From: an uncultured Verrucomicrobiae bacterium
GTDB lineage: Bacteria; Verrucomicrobiota; Verrucomicrobiia; Limisphaerales; Palsa-1400
DNA length: 64,000 bases
Assembly: GCA_963702845.1 (NCBI GenBank)
Contig: OY969763.1
Coordinates: forward strand, 2,528,001 to 2,592,000
Reading direction: 5' to 3'
Shown here in pieces: positions 30,613-39,785 of the stretch. Each line of letters begins with the position of its first letter. The first letter of the stretch is position 1. A program made the translations under genes and the position numbers. The notes under the pieces were generated by a model. It was not told where the DNA came from. It was given only the letters and a program-made list of their open reading frames with translations, and ran no database searches.

Positions 30613-33431
30613 GTCCAACCAAATACTCTAGGGAAGAGTGGCTATGCGGCGTTCTGTTGATTGCGGCCGCGATGATGGTTTATATGCCTGCGCTGATGGG
30701 TGGATTCGTATGGGACGACGAGGTAAGTCTTACCGAAAATCCCCTGATCAAGTCTGCGCACGGGCTCATAGACATTTGGTTCAGTCGCAAACCGTTTGAC
30801 TATTTTCCACTGACTCTAAGCTCCTTCTGGCTTGAGTGGCGAATATTCGGACTACATCCGTTCGGATATCATGCGGTCAACTTAATGTTGCACGTCACCA
30901 GCGCTCTTATTCTATGGCGGCTGCTTCGCTATTTAAAAATCCCCGGAGCGTACGTGGCGGCGTTTTTGTTTGCCGTGCACCCTTTATGTGTTGCGTCTGC
31001 CGGATGGATTGCAGAACGAAAGAATACGCTGGCCATGCCGTTTTATTTACTAAGCGTGCTTTGGTATTTGCGATCGAGTGGGGAGGAGTTTCGGGCTCGT
31101 CGGCGTCGATTCTACGTCCTGTCGCTTTGCTGTTTTCTTCTGGCGTTGCTCAGTAAGACATCAGTCGTAACGTTACCGCTAATTCTGCTGGTGCTAGAAT
31201 GGTGGCGGAAGGGCCGACAGGTTGAGACGGAGAATCCAGCGCGAAAGACGACCATAACCGGCATTCTCGTGCGGACCGCCCCGTTTTTTCTGCTATCACT
31301 TGTGTTAGGACTGCTGACGATTTGGTTTCAGTGGCACCGCGCAATGGGTGGTACCGTTGTACAAACCGAAAACATTTGGGAGCGCTGCGCAGCGGCAGGA
31401 TGGGCGATCTGGTTCTATCTTTTCAAAACCATAGTTCCTTTGGGATTGACGTTACTGTATCCGCATCACGATTTCACCGGGGGTTCATTTGTTATCTACT
31501 TTCCGGCCGTGGCCCTGGTCGTGATTTTGGTAATTTTGTGGAAAAAACGCGCGCGCTGGGGCCGTCATTGGTTTGCCGCGCTAGCGTATTTCATACTCGC
31601 CTTGCTGCCAGTGCTCGGGTTCGTTGACATGTATTTCCTCGTCTACGCCCGGGTGGCGGACCATTGGAGTTACGTGGCGTTGCCAGGAATCCTGGCTTTA
31701 GTTGTTGGGGTCGCAAACGCGGGGATTCAAAAGTTCGTCAACTGGATGCGCGAAGCTAGGGCACCTGTTTTTTCCCGTGAAAGCATCAATCTTTATGCTG
31801 CGCTTGTCAGCCTGGGTGTCTGTTGTGTTTTGGCACGAGACAGGGCAGTTGTATTTGGGAGCGAAGAATTGGTCTGGAGGGACGTCTTAAAAAAGAATCC
31901 GCAGTGTTGGGCTGCGCATAATAATTTGGCGCGAGACTTTCTGAATCGCGGCGTAAGACCCCAGGAAACTGAGATTCATTTTCGCGAGGCGTTGCGATTG
32001 AGGTCCGAGTTTCCTGAGGCGTATAACAATCTTGGGATGCTGTTCTTACGTGAGGGCGACATTGATTTAGGCATTGCTTACTATAGGAAGGCTCTTGCTT
32101 TAGAATCGAACTACGTACTTGCACATAATAATCTCGGGGTCGCTCTTATGAAAATGGGGGACTTCAACGAGGCGATTTCACACCTGCGCAAGGCGATCGA
32201 ATTGGAGCCAGATATACCGACTGGCTACCGCAATATGGCGCAGTGCTATCTGATGAAAGGCGATCTCGATAGTGCATTCAACGAAATCAAAAAGGTTTTA
32301 CCGTTCAATCCCGGTGATGCATCGGTCTATTTCTTTGGAGGGAATTGTCTCTACCTCCAACATCATGTGAAAGAAGCTATCGATTGGTATCAGAAGGCTC
32401 TACGGATTAAGCCTGCTGACGTCGATGGACAATACAACATGGCTATCGCCTGGGTTGAGTCAGGGGATATCGCGCAAGCGCATGTTTACTATGCGAAAAC
32501 TCTGCGCCTTGATCCCGATTACGCGCGTATCATCGTTGAACGGGGGCGAGCATTGGTTAACAAGGACGACTTGAAGGGAGCACTGGACCATTTTCGACGC
32601 GCCTCGGAACTGGATTCGAGTAATGCCGATTATCGAGTTGGGACCGGATACGTGTTAAGCAAAATGGGGAAGAGTAACGAAGCAGAACGGGAATTTAACG
32701 AGGTGACGATCTCGAGCAAGAAAGATCCAAGTGCATTATTCAAACTGGGATCGGTTTTCCTTTTGCTGGATGAACCCGCTAGGGCGATTCCAGTGCTGCA
32801 GCAGGCGGTTTCGCTTGATGTTGGTTCTGCCGACTATCGTGTTAAGCTGGGAATTGCTTTGCTCATGCTTAATCGAGACGGGGAAGCGAAGCAATGCTTC
32901 GAACAAGCGCTCGCTTTAAGTCCAAACCATGCGGATGCACATTATCGGCTTGGAAACGTTCTTCTGAAACATCACGCCCTGGATCTCGCGAAGGTGCAAT
33001 ATGAAGCGGCCCTTAAGGTAAACCCGTCATTTGCTGATCCTCATTTTCAGATCGCTCGAATGCTGGAGATGAAAAACGAGTATCCAGCCGCAATTCAAGA
33101 ACTGACGGTGGCGATTGAATTACGTCCGAATTGGACAGAAGCTCTAAACAATTTGGCTTGGGTATTGGCGACCCATCCGGACTTCAGCTTGCGCAATGGT
33201 GTTGAGGCCGTCCGCTACGCAACACGGGCCATCAATTCTGCAAAGATGAAGGACGCCGACCAACTTGATACGTTGGCCGCTGCGTATGCTGAAGCCGGAC
33301 AATTCAAAGAGGCGGAGATGGCTGCCGAAGAAGCCGTTAAACTTGCCACGGTGGCGCGACGCAATGAGCTAGTGGATTCGATCGAGAAGCGCCTCGCCCT
33401 ATACAAAGCAGGCAAACCGTTCCGTGACTAA
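30603..33431 (+). CDS. TMTC-like GT-C glycosyltransferase with long TPR array (paralog 4)
   Basis: GFVWDDE, YFPLT, HPLCVASAGWIAERKN, VADHWSY, then many TPRs and the same C-terminal cap as paralogs 1 and 2 (ALNNLAWVLAT...LDTLAAAYA). Its start overlaps the end of the upstream gene. Confidence 0.9.
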   Translation: MRISPTKYSREEWLCGVLLIAAAMMVYMPALMGGFVWDDEVSLTENPLIKSAHGLIDIWFSRKPFDYFPLTLSSFWLEWRIFGLHPFGYHAVNLMLHVTSALILWRLLRYLKIPGAYVAAFLFAVHPLCVASAGWIAERKNTLAMPFYLLSVLWYLRSSGEEFRARRRRFYVLSLCCFLLALLSKTSVVTLPLILLVLEWWRKGRQVETENPARKTTITGILVRTAPFFLLSLVLGLLTIWFQWHRAMGGTVVQTENIWERCAAAGWAIWFYLFKTIVPLGLTLLYPHHDFTGGSFVIYFPAVALVVILVILWKKRARWGRHWFAALAYFILALLPVLGFVDMYFLVYARVADHWSYVALPGILALVVGVANAGIQKFVNWMREARAPVFSRESINLYAALVSLGVCCVLARDRAVVFGSEELVWRDVLKKNPQCWAAHNNLARDFLNRGVRPQETEIHFREALRLRSEFPEAYNNLGMLFLREGDIDLGIAYYRKALALESNYVLAHNNLGVALMKMGDFNEAISHLRKAIELEPDIPTGYRNMAQCYLMKGDLDSAFNEIKKVLPFNPGDASVYFFGGNCLYLQHHVKEAIDWYQKALRIKPADVDGQYNMAIAWVESGDIAQAHVYYAKTLRLDPDYARIIVERGRALVNKDDLKGALDHFRRASELDSSNADYRVGTGYVLSKMGKSNEAEREFNEVTISSKKDPSALFKLGSVFLLLDEPARAIPVLQQAVSLDVGSADYRVKLGIALLMLNRDGEAKQCFEQALALSPNHADAHYRLGNVLLKHHALDLAKVQYEAALKVNPSFADPHFQIARMLEMKNEYPAAIQELTVAIELRPNWTEALNNLAWVLATHPDFSLRNGVEAVRYATRAINSAKMKDADQLDTLAAAYAEAGQFKEAEMAAEEAVKLATVARRNELVDSIEKRLALYKAGKPFRD

Positions 33432-33490
33432 GTTGGGTTATTTGGAAAGACTTAGGAAAACGGCTGGGCCAAATAGCCAAAAGAAACAAG

Positions 33491-33520
33491 TTGACAGTTA
33501 GACCAAACTCCGGTGAGATG
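33491..33520 (+). promoter_or_regulatory. Possible promoter for giant surface protein B
   Basis: Perfect TTGACA at 33491-33496; the -10 element is weak (TGAGAT at 17 nt). Confidence 0.25.
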
Positions 33521-33677
33521 GTCGGTAAGTTCACCGAATACCTAACCCAAAAACCCATGTGTCTTAAGGCAGCTTTTTCTAAAGGCTTCGCCGTCTTAGT
33601 TTGACGGCACCTCTTGTTCACTAACCCAATCCTCGACACCCAATCAGATTCCGCATAAGCATAAACCCATCAGCCGT

Positions 33678-36600
33678 ATGAAAAAAACCCACTTAATACA
33701 TGTTCTAAGCATAGCGTCCTTGGTTATGGGATTGCTTCCACTCCGCGCAGCGCAGCAATGGGACCCTAACGGCGCAACTGCTGGTTGTTCCTCCACTGTC
33801 GGCGTGTGGGATACTACCACCGCCAATTGGAGCACGGCCTGTGATGCGGGCGGTAACGTCGCTTGGACTGCCGGTGGAGACGCAGTTTTCTCTACGTCAG
33901 CTGCTTATTCCGTAACCGTAACTGCACCTGTTAGTGTTCATAACATTACAGTTAACCGTGTATCTCCAGGCGCCGTGTCGATCGTAGGAACGAGTGCGAT
34001 GACATTTACTGCCGGGGCGACAGTTAACATCGATGGTGCCGGAATCGCCGTCTTCACCGCGCCTTATGCGGCGGCATCCAGCTCTGTTACTCTGACAAAG
34101 ACCGGCACCGGGACGCTTTCCCTGAATAACTCAGTAAACACTTACGGCGGTAAATGGGCCTGCACAGCCGGTCGCCTCAGCGCGGCGACTGATCTTTTCT
34201 TTGGACCCGCTCCCGCCGGCGTGACCCCAGATTTCATTACTCTGGACTCGGGCGGCGGTTTGAGGACGACAAGTGTCGGCTTGAACCTCAACGTGAATAA
34301 AGGAATAACCTTAGGGTCGGGTGGCGGCGCTCTCGAAGTAAGTGCCACTTTTCAATCAATCAACAGCAAAATCACTGGCCCTGGGGCCCTTTCAATTACT
34401 GGCGCTGCTGCAGCAGTGCCGGTTGTTCTACTTAACACTGGTAATGATTATGCGGGCGCTACAACGATTGCAGCGAGCAGTTTGCTCAAACTCGGCGCGT
34501 CGGGCGTTATACCTGATACATCTGTGGTTACTCTCGCTGCTGCCGGTGCGACGCTGGACTTGAACGGGCAGAGTGAGACGGTCAAATCTCTGTCAGGAAC
34601 TGCTGGCGTCGTTCTGTGCAATGGTGGCACATTGACAATCGCTAATCCCAACGGAGAATCTTATACCTCAACCGTTAACATCGGGAGCGGCACCGGAACC
34701 ATCATCATGAACGACGGTGGTGTGGGTAATGGCAAGTTTACGTTTGGCCCTTCGACGGCAACATACTCTGGCGGATTTACCTTAAATAGTGGAAAACTCG
34801 CCATTTCAGCCAATCCGGCTTTTGGAGTAGGGACATTGACAATTAATGGTGGCACCCTTTGTGCCGCGAGTGCGACTGGTCGGGCACCAACTCCGGCAGC
34901 GGTAACTTTCGCGGGTAATCTAACATCAGACGACACATTTGTTACTCCGACTCCAGGAACGATCACTTGGGGTGCGACAATTCCCTGGACCATCAATGGC
35001 GGCAACCGAACCTATACAATCAATACTGCTGCAAACAACGGCTACACTATCGCGATTAACGGTGTAATTGGTCAGGACGTGGCAGGTCGCAGTTTGACTA
35101 AAGCTGGCAACGGCGTCCTCACTCTCGGTGGCGCGAACACTTACACGGGTGGAACAATCATCAGTGCGGGAACTGTCAACGTGAGTTCGACCGGCAGCAT
35201 TAAGGGATCTGTCACCATCGGCAGCAGCGGCATCTTGAAGCTTACGACTACGACAACCGGACTTGAGACTTCCGCCAACGTTACAAATGCTACCTCGCCC
35301 GCTGCCAGTTCCATTAACCTCGCCTTCACCGGAACGCAAACGATCAACAGTTTGACTTTCGGAACTGCGGTGAAAGCACCCGGAACGTGGGGGTCAACAA
35401 CCTCGAGCGCAACGCACAAGAATACCTCCTTCACTGGAACGGGTATCCTGAGCGTCACAACCGGCGGCACTTCAACCACCAGCATCAGTTCTGATGGATC
35501 ACCTTCCTCCTACGGTAACCCTGTCTTGTTTACAGTAACAGTGACCGGAACAGGTAACGGTTCTACGCCGGTCGGCAACGTCACTATTCTGGATAATGGA
35601 ACTCCAATCGCTACGCCAACACTTAGCGGCAGCGGCAATGTCTCTACGGCAACGTTCTCGACCAGTTCACTGAGCGCAGGAACACATGCAAACATCACCG
35701 CTACGTGGGCTGGTGATGATAATTACGATTTGAGCAGTTCTAGTGTCCTCTCTCAAACGGTCGATCCTCGCCCTGTAACACTTGCGGGCACACGAGGTTA
35801 CGATGGTACTACTGATGCGGCAGCTGCTATACTTACCGTCGGCAACAAGGTCGGCGTTGACGATGTCAGCGTTGCTTCCGGCACGGCGACACTTGCCAGC
35901 GCTGATCAAGGTTCCCGAGCCATCACGTCGTTGGGTTCCTTGGTATTAGGCGGAGCTAACTCCGGTAACTACACCCTTTCGGGCGCGAGCGGCTCGGTAA
36001 CTGTCAACGCTACCGCTCTATCGATTACAGCGACAAACCAAACCAAGGCGAAGGGCAATACACTGTTGTTCAACGGAACGGAATTTACATCTTCCGGCCT
36101 GATTAGTCCTGAAACAATTGGCTCTGTTACCATAACCAGTGCAGGCGCTGATTCGGGCGCTGATGCTGGCACCTATTCGATTGTCCCAAGCGCTGCGACC
36201 GGAGGTACATTCAACCCGGCTAACTACGACATCACTTATCACAACGGCACATTGACCGTGACTGATCCCGCGGCAATCACCAGCAGCCCGTCCAGCAGCA
36301 CCGTCGATGCCGGTGCCAACGTAGTCCTTACTGTCACCGCATCCGGATCCCCTACGCCAACCTATCAATGGAAGAGAGGCGCAAACAATTTGTCCAATGG
36401 CGCTAAGGACAATGCGGCAACTGTCACTGGTGCAACGACTGCCAGTCTCACATTATCGGGTGCTCGGGCGGCTGATGGTGCCGCTTATACTTGTGTGGCA
36501 ACCAACTCAGCAGGCAGCGACACAAGTTCCGCTGCGACACTGACCGTCAATGACCCGGTCATCACGCAACAGCCGGTGAACTCCACCTTCGAATGCTCCT

Positions 36601-39600
36601 CGAGCAACGCCCTTACCGTAACCGCTATTGGCACGACCAACGCGAACGGTCTTCTGACCTATCAATGGTATACGCCCGATCCGAGTGGCACAGCCATTAC
36701 GGATGCGACCAATTCCGTCCTGTCCTTCCCGACGGTTTCCTTCCTTAACGCAGGCAGCTATTCAGTGGTCGTGAGCAACGCGCTCGGCAACTTCATCACC
36801 AGCTCTGTTGTCGTCGTGACCATTGAAGACACCAACGCCCCTGTGATTAGCGTTATCGTCGGCGCGGCCACGGCTGAGTGCCACACCTCCTACAGCGATG
36901 CCGGCGCAACCGCGACCGACAGCTGCGACGGTTCTGTCAGTGTCAGCACGACTGGTTTGCCGAACGTGAATGCCACGGGCAATTACACCATCACCTATAC
37001 GGCGCAGGACGCGTCGGGTAACAGTTCCACCGCCACTCGCGTGGTGACCGTGGTTGATGGCACCGCCCCGGTGGTTACGCTCAATGGCGCTGCTTCCGTG
37101 ACACTTGAGTGCCACGGCTCATTCAGTGACCCAGGCGCGAGCGCCTCGGATACCTGCGATGCCAGCGTCACCGTCTCCACCAGCGGCGTATTAGACGCGA
37201 ACACACCTGGTGTTTACACCCTGACCTACAACTCGACGGATCTTTCCAGCAACACCGGCACCGCGACCCGCACTGTTACCGTCTCTGATAACGCCGCTCC
37301 TGTGGTGACCTTGACTGGCGCAGCGAGCGTCACAGTGGAATGTCACAGCAGCTATACCGAAGCGGGTGCAACGGCCAATGATGCCTGCGAAGGTTCCGTC
37401 AGCGTGAACACGACTGGTTCAGTTGATGCGAACACTGTTGGTAACTACACCTTGACCTACGGAGCTTGCGACTCCGGCAGCCATTGCGCGGCAACCACTC
37501 GTATCGTCCACGTCATTGACACCGCCGCCCCTTTGGTGACGATCAACGGCACCTCGCCGATGACGGTGGAATGCCATGGCAGCTTCAGCGATCCTGGTGC
37601 GACATCGGCTGATGATTGCGATGCCGGTCCGAGCGTCGTGACCAGCGGCAGCGTCAATGCGAACGCGGTGGGTTTCTACACCTTGACCTATAGCTCGACA
37701 GATGCCGCCAACAACACCGGCAGCGCGACCCGCGTGGTTCACGTCACTGATACGGTTGCTCCTGTCATCACCGTCACCGGCGGCGATCAAACCGTGGAAT
37801 GCCACGACACCTTCACCGATGCCGGCTCAACCGCGGCGGACGCCTGCGAAGGCGACGTGAGCGCCAACATTGCTGTTAGCGGCAGCGTCGATGCTAACAC
37901 CGTTGGTGTCTACACCTTGACCTACAGCGTGGCCGATGGCAGCGGCAACCCCGCCTCCGCCACCCGCACCGTCACCGTCAATGACACGGTTCCTCCTGTG
38001 ATTACCGTCACCGGGGGCACCACGGTCAGCGCCTGCCAATTCGTCGCGTATAACGATGCCGGTGCGACAGCAAATGACGTCTGCACAGGCAGCGTCAGCG
38101 TGAGCAGCAGCGGCAGCGTCGACACCAGCACCGCTGGTGCCTACACCTTGACCTACAGCGCCCAGGACACGACCGGCAATACCGCCACGGCCACCCGCGT
38201 GGTCACCGTTGGTCCTTGCAACGCGGTTATCACCCAGCAACCGCATGACACCAACGTCAATGCGAACGCTTCGTTCACCTTGAGCGTGACAGCCGTTTCG
38301 GGCAACCCGATCACCTATCAGTGGAAGACCAATGGCGTTGCCATCAGTGGGGCGACCGACTCGAGCTACACTGTGGCCCATGCCTTCCGTGGCAATGCCG
38401 GCACCTACACGGTTGACGTGATCAGTGGCGTGACGACCATCACCAGCGACCCTGCAGTAGTGACCGTCCAGGATCCTGCCTTCACCATCAACCCGATATC
38501 GCAGACCTTGGCGGTTGGAGTGAATACGAACCTGAGCCTGGTGGCCGTTGCGGATGGCACCCCGACGCTGAGGTATCAATGGTACGTCAAGACTGCCCTC
38601 CACACCAATAAACTGGTCACCACCACCAATCTGACGATCAAACCGTTGGCCCTTGGTTCAGCGGGCACCTACTTCTGCGTGGTGAGCAACGCCGGCCATG
38701 GCATTACCGCTACCAGCTCCATGGCTACCATTGCAGTCTATCAAGCGCCGAAGGTTTCGACCCCGGCCAACCAGACAAAGTTCGTTGGTCAGAACGCGAT
38801 CTTCAAAGTGGCGGTTAGTCCGGCCACTGCGAACAATCCTCTCTATGGTGGCCCGGTCCACTATCAATGGGTTCAAGGGCCGCCCGACAACTACACTGTG
38901 TTGATTGATAACGGCCATTACGCCGGCACGACCACCACGACCATGACGATCGTGAACGTGCAGACCGGCGATGCGTCGGTTGCTCATACCCCGACGGGCT
39001 ATCGTTGTATGGTCAACAACGGGGCTCCGACGAACGTGTTTAGCGCCTTCGGTGCTGGGTTGACCGTCAGACAATACACCAACCCCCCTGTGGTTGTGAT
39101 CAATCCCACCGGCACTGGCCTTGTCACCAGCTCGAACATGAACATAGCTGGAACAGTAACCGACAAAGGCCTGGTCACGGACGTCTCGCTCAAGCAGATC
39201 ACCGTTGATGCCACCAACACGCTGCCCTCGGACATCACCTACAAGACCAACGCCGCGCATCAACAAATGCCTGGCAATGTCCTGTGGACCAACGCCGTCA
39301 CCTTGACCCCCGGCACGAATGCATTCACAGCCACGGCTGTTGACGGCGAAGGCAACACCGGCACGAACAAGCCAGTGCGCAACATCTACCTCCTCGTGCC
39401 GCAGGCACTGACCCTGGCCACCAACGGCCCCGGCACCATTCAGATCACCTCGCTGGGTGTCCTTGGTAAACCGCTCATCGGAACGACCAACGTCTACCAG
39501 GGCATTGGTTACACCCTCAAGGCCCTGCCCAAAGTCGGCGTCCACACCTTCCTTGGTTGGACCGACGGTGACAACAACGCCTATTACGGCACCGGCCCGA

Positions 39601-39671
39601 TCATCATCACCAACACCCTGCACTTCATCATGCCGGGAACAAACCTGACCCTCCGCGCCAACTTTAACTAA
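33678..39671 (+). CDS. Giant secreted surface protein B (1997 aa): beta-helix passenger-like region, Big_3-like, YDG-like and MBG-like domains, Ig repeats, six DUF5011/HYR-like repeats, C-terminal Ig plus InlB-B-like module
   Basis: Sec signal, LTKAGNGVLTLGGANTYTGGTIISAGTV repeats, RGYDGTT, NYDITYHNGTLTV, Ig QP...YQW units and six DTxAP...ECH...DxC...YTLTY...ATRxVxV units. Confidence 0.9.
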   Translation: MKKTHLIHVLSIASLVMGLLPLRAAQQWDPNGATAGCSSTVGVWDTTTANWSTACDAGGNVAWTAGGDAVFSTSAAYSVTVTAPVSVHNITVNRVSPGAVSIVGTSAMTFTAGATVNIDGAGIAVFTAPYAAASSSVTLTKTGTGTLSLNNSVNTYGGKWACTAGRLSAATDLFFGPAPAGVTPDFITLDSGGGLRTTSVGLNLNVNKGITLGSGGGALEVSATFQSINSKITGPGALSITGAAAAVPVVLLNTGNDYAGATTIAASSLLKLGASGVIPDTSVVTLAAAGATLDLNGQSETVKSLSGTAGVVLCNGGTLTIANPNGESYTSTVNIGSGTGTIIMNDGGVGNGKFTFGPSTATYSGGFTLNSGKLAISANPAFGVGTLTINGGTLCAASATGRAPTPAAVTFAGNLTSDDTFVTPTPGTITWGATIPWTINGGNRTYTINTAANNGYTIAINGVIGQDVAGRSLTKAGNGVLTLGGANTYTGGTIISAGTVNVSSTGSIKGSVTIGSSGILKLTTTTTGLETSANVTNATSPAASSINLAFTGTQTINSLTFGTAVKAPGTWGSTTSSATHKNTSFTGTGILSVTTGGTSTTSISSDGSPSSYGNPVLFTVTVTGTGNGSTPVGNVTILDNGTPIATPTLSGSGNVSTATFSTSSLSAGTHANITATWAGDDNYDLSSSSVLSQTVDPRPVTLAGTRGYDGTTDAAAAILTVGNKVGVDDVSVASGTATLASADQGSRAITSLGSLVLGGANSGNYTLSGASGSVTVNATALSITATNQTKAKGNTLLFNGTEFTSSGLISPETIGSVTITSAGADSGADAGTYSIVPSAATGGTFNPANYDITYHNGTLTVTDPAAITSSPSSSTVDAGANVVLTVTASGSPTPTYQWKRGANNLSNGAKDNAATVTGATTASLTLSGARAADGAAYTCVATNSAGSDTSSAATLTVNDPVITQQPVNSTFECSSSNALTVTAIGTTNANGLLTYQWYTPDPSGTAITDATNSVLSFPTVSFLNAGSYSVVVSNALGNFITSSVVVVTIEDTNAPVISVIVGAATAECHTSYSDAGATATDSCDGSVSVSTTGLPNVNATGNYTITYTAQDASGNSSTATRVVTVVDGTAPVVTLNGAASVTLECHGSFSDPGASASDTCDASVTVSTSGVLDANTPGVYTLTYNSTDLSSNTGTATRTVTVSDNAAPVVTLTGAASVTVECHSSYTEAGATANDACEGSVSVNTTGSVDANTVGNYTLTYGACDSGSHCAATTRIVHVIDTAAPLVTINGTSPMTVECHGSFSDPGATSADDCDAGPSVVTSGSVNANAVGFYTLTYSSTDAANNTGSATRVVHVTDTVAPVITVTGGDQTVECHDTFTDAGSTAADACEGDVSANIAVSGSVDANTVGVYTLTYSVADGSGNPASATRTVTVNDTVPPVITVTGGTTVSACQFVAYNDAGATANDVCTGSVSVSSSGSVDTSTAGAYTLTYSAQDTTGNTATATRVVTVGPCNAVITQQPHDTNVNANASFTLSVTAVSGNPITYQWKTNGVAISGATDSSYTVAHAFRGNAGTYTVDVISGVTTITSDPAVVTVQDPAFTINPISQTLAVGVNTNLSLVAVADGTPTLRYQWYVKTALHTNKLVTTTNLTIKPLALGSAGTYFCVVSNAGHGITATSSMATIAVYQAPKVSTPANQTKFVGQNAIFKVAVSPATANNPLYGGPVHYQWVQGPPDNYTVLIDNGHYAGTTTTTMTIVNVQTGDASVAHTPTGYRCMVNNGAPTNVFSAFGAGLTVRQYTNPPVVVINPTGTGLVTSSNMNIAGTVTDKGLVTDVSLKQITVDATNTLPSDITYKTNAAHQQMPGNVLWTNAVTLTPGTNAFTATAVDGEGNTGTNKPVRNIYLLVPQALTLATNGPGTIQITSLGVLGKPLIGTTNVYQGIGYTLKALPKVGVHTFLGWTDGDNNAYYGTGPIIITNTLHFIMPGTNLTLRANFN
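36828..38220 (+). repeat. Six tandem ~77-codon DUF5011/HYR-like coding repeats in protein B
   Basis: Visible in the protein and the DNA (recurring tacaccttgacctac). Confidence 0.85.
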
Positions 39672-39696
39672 CGCGCGAAGATAAATCGCTAAACTC

Positions 39697-39731
39697 AAAG
39701 CGCCCTCGACCATTTCGAGGGCGCTTTTTTG
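39697..39731 (+). terminator. Rho-independent terminator after protein B
   Basis: aaagcgccctcga-ccatt-tcgagggcgcttt followed by Ts. Confidence 0.9.
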
Positions 39732-39785
39732 TCACTCGGTTTGGCGTGACTTTGACACGCTTTGCCATCAAATTTCGAAACACGG

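Noticed and set aside
33431..33677. c-di-GMP or other known riboswitch upstream of protein B
   Set aside because: Hairpins are present, but I could not identify the consensus of any known riboswitch; an Rfam scan is needed.
37827..39713. Long antisense ORFs (37827..38603, 38658..39713; likewise 614..1318 and 42771..43613)
   Set aside because: These are shadows of strongly codon-biased sense genes, with no recognisable motifs.
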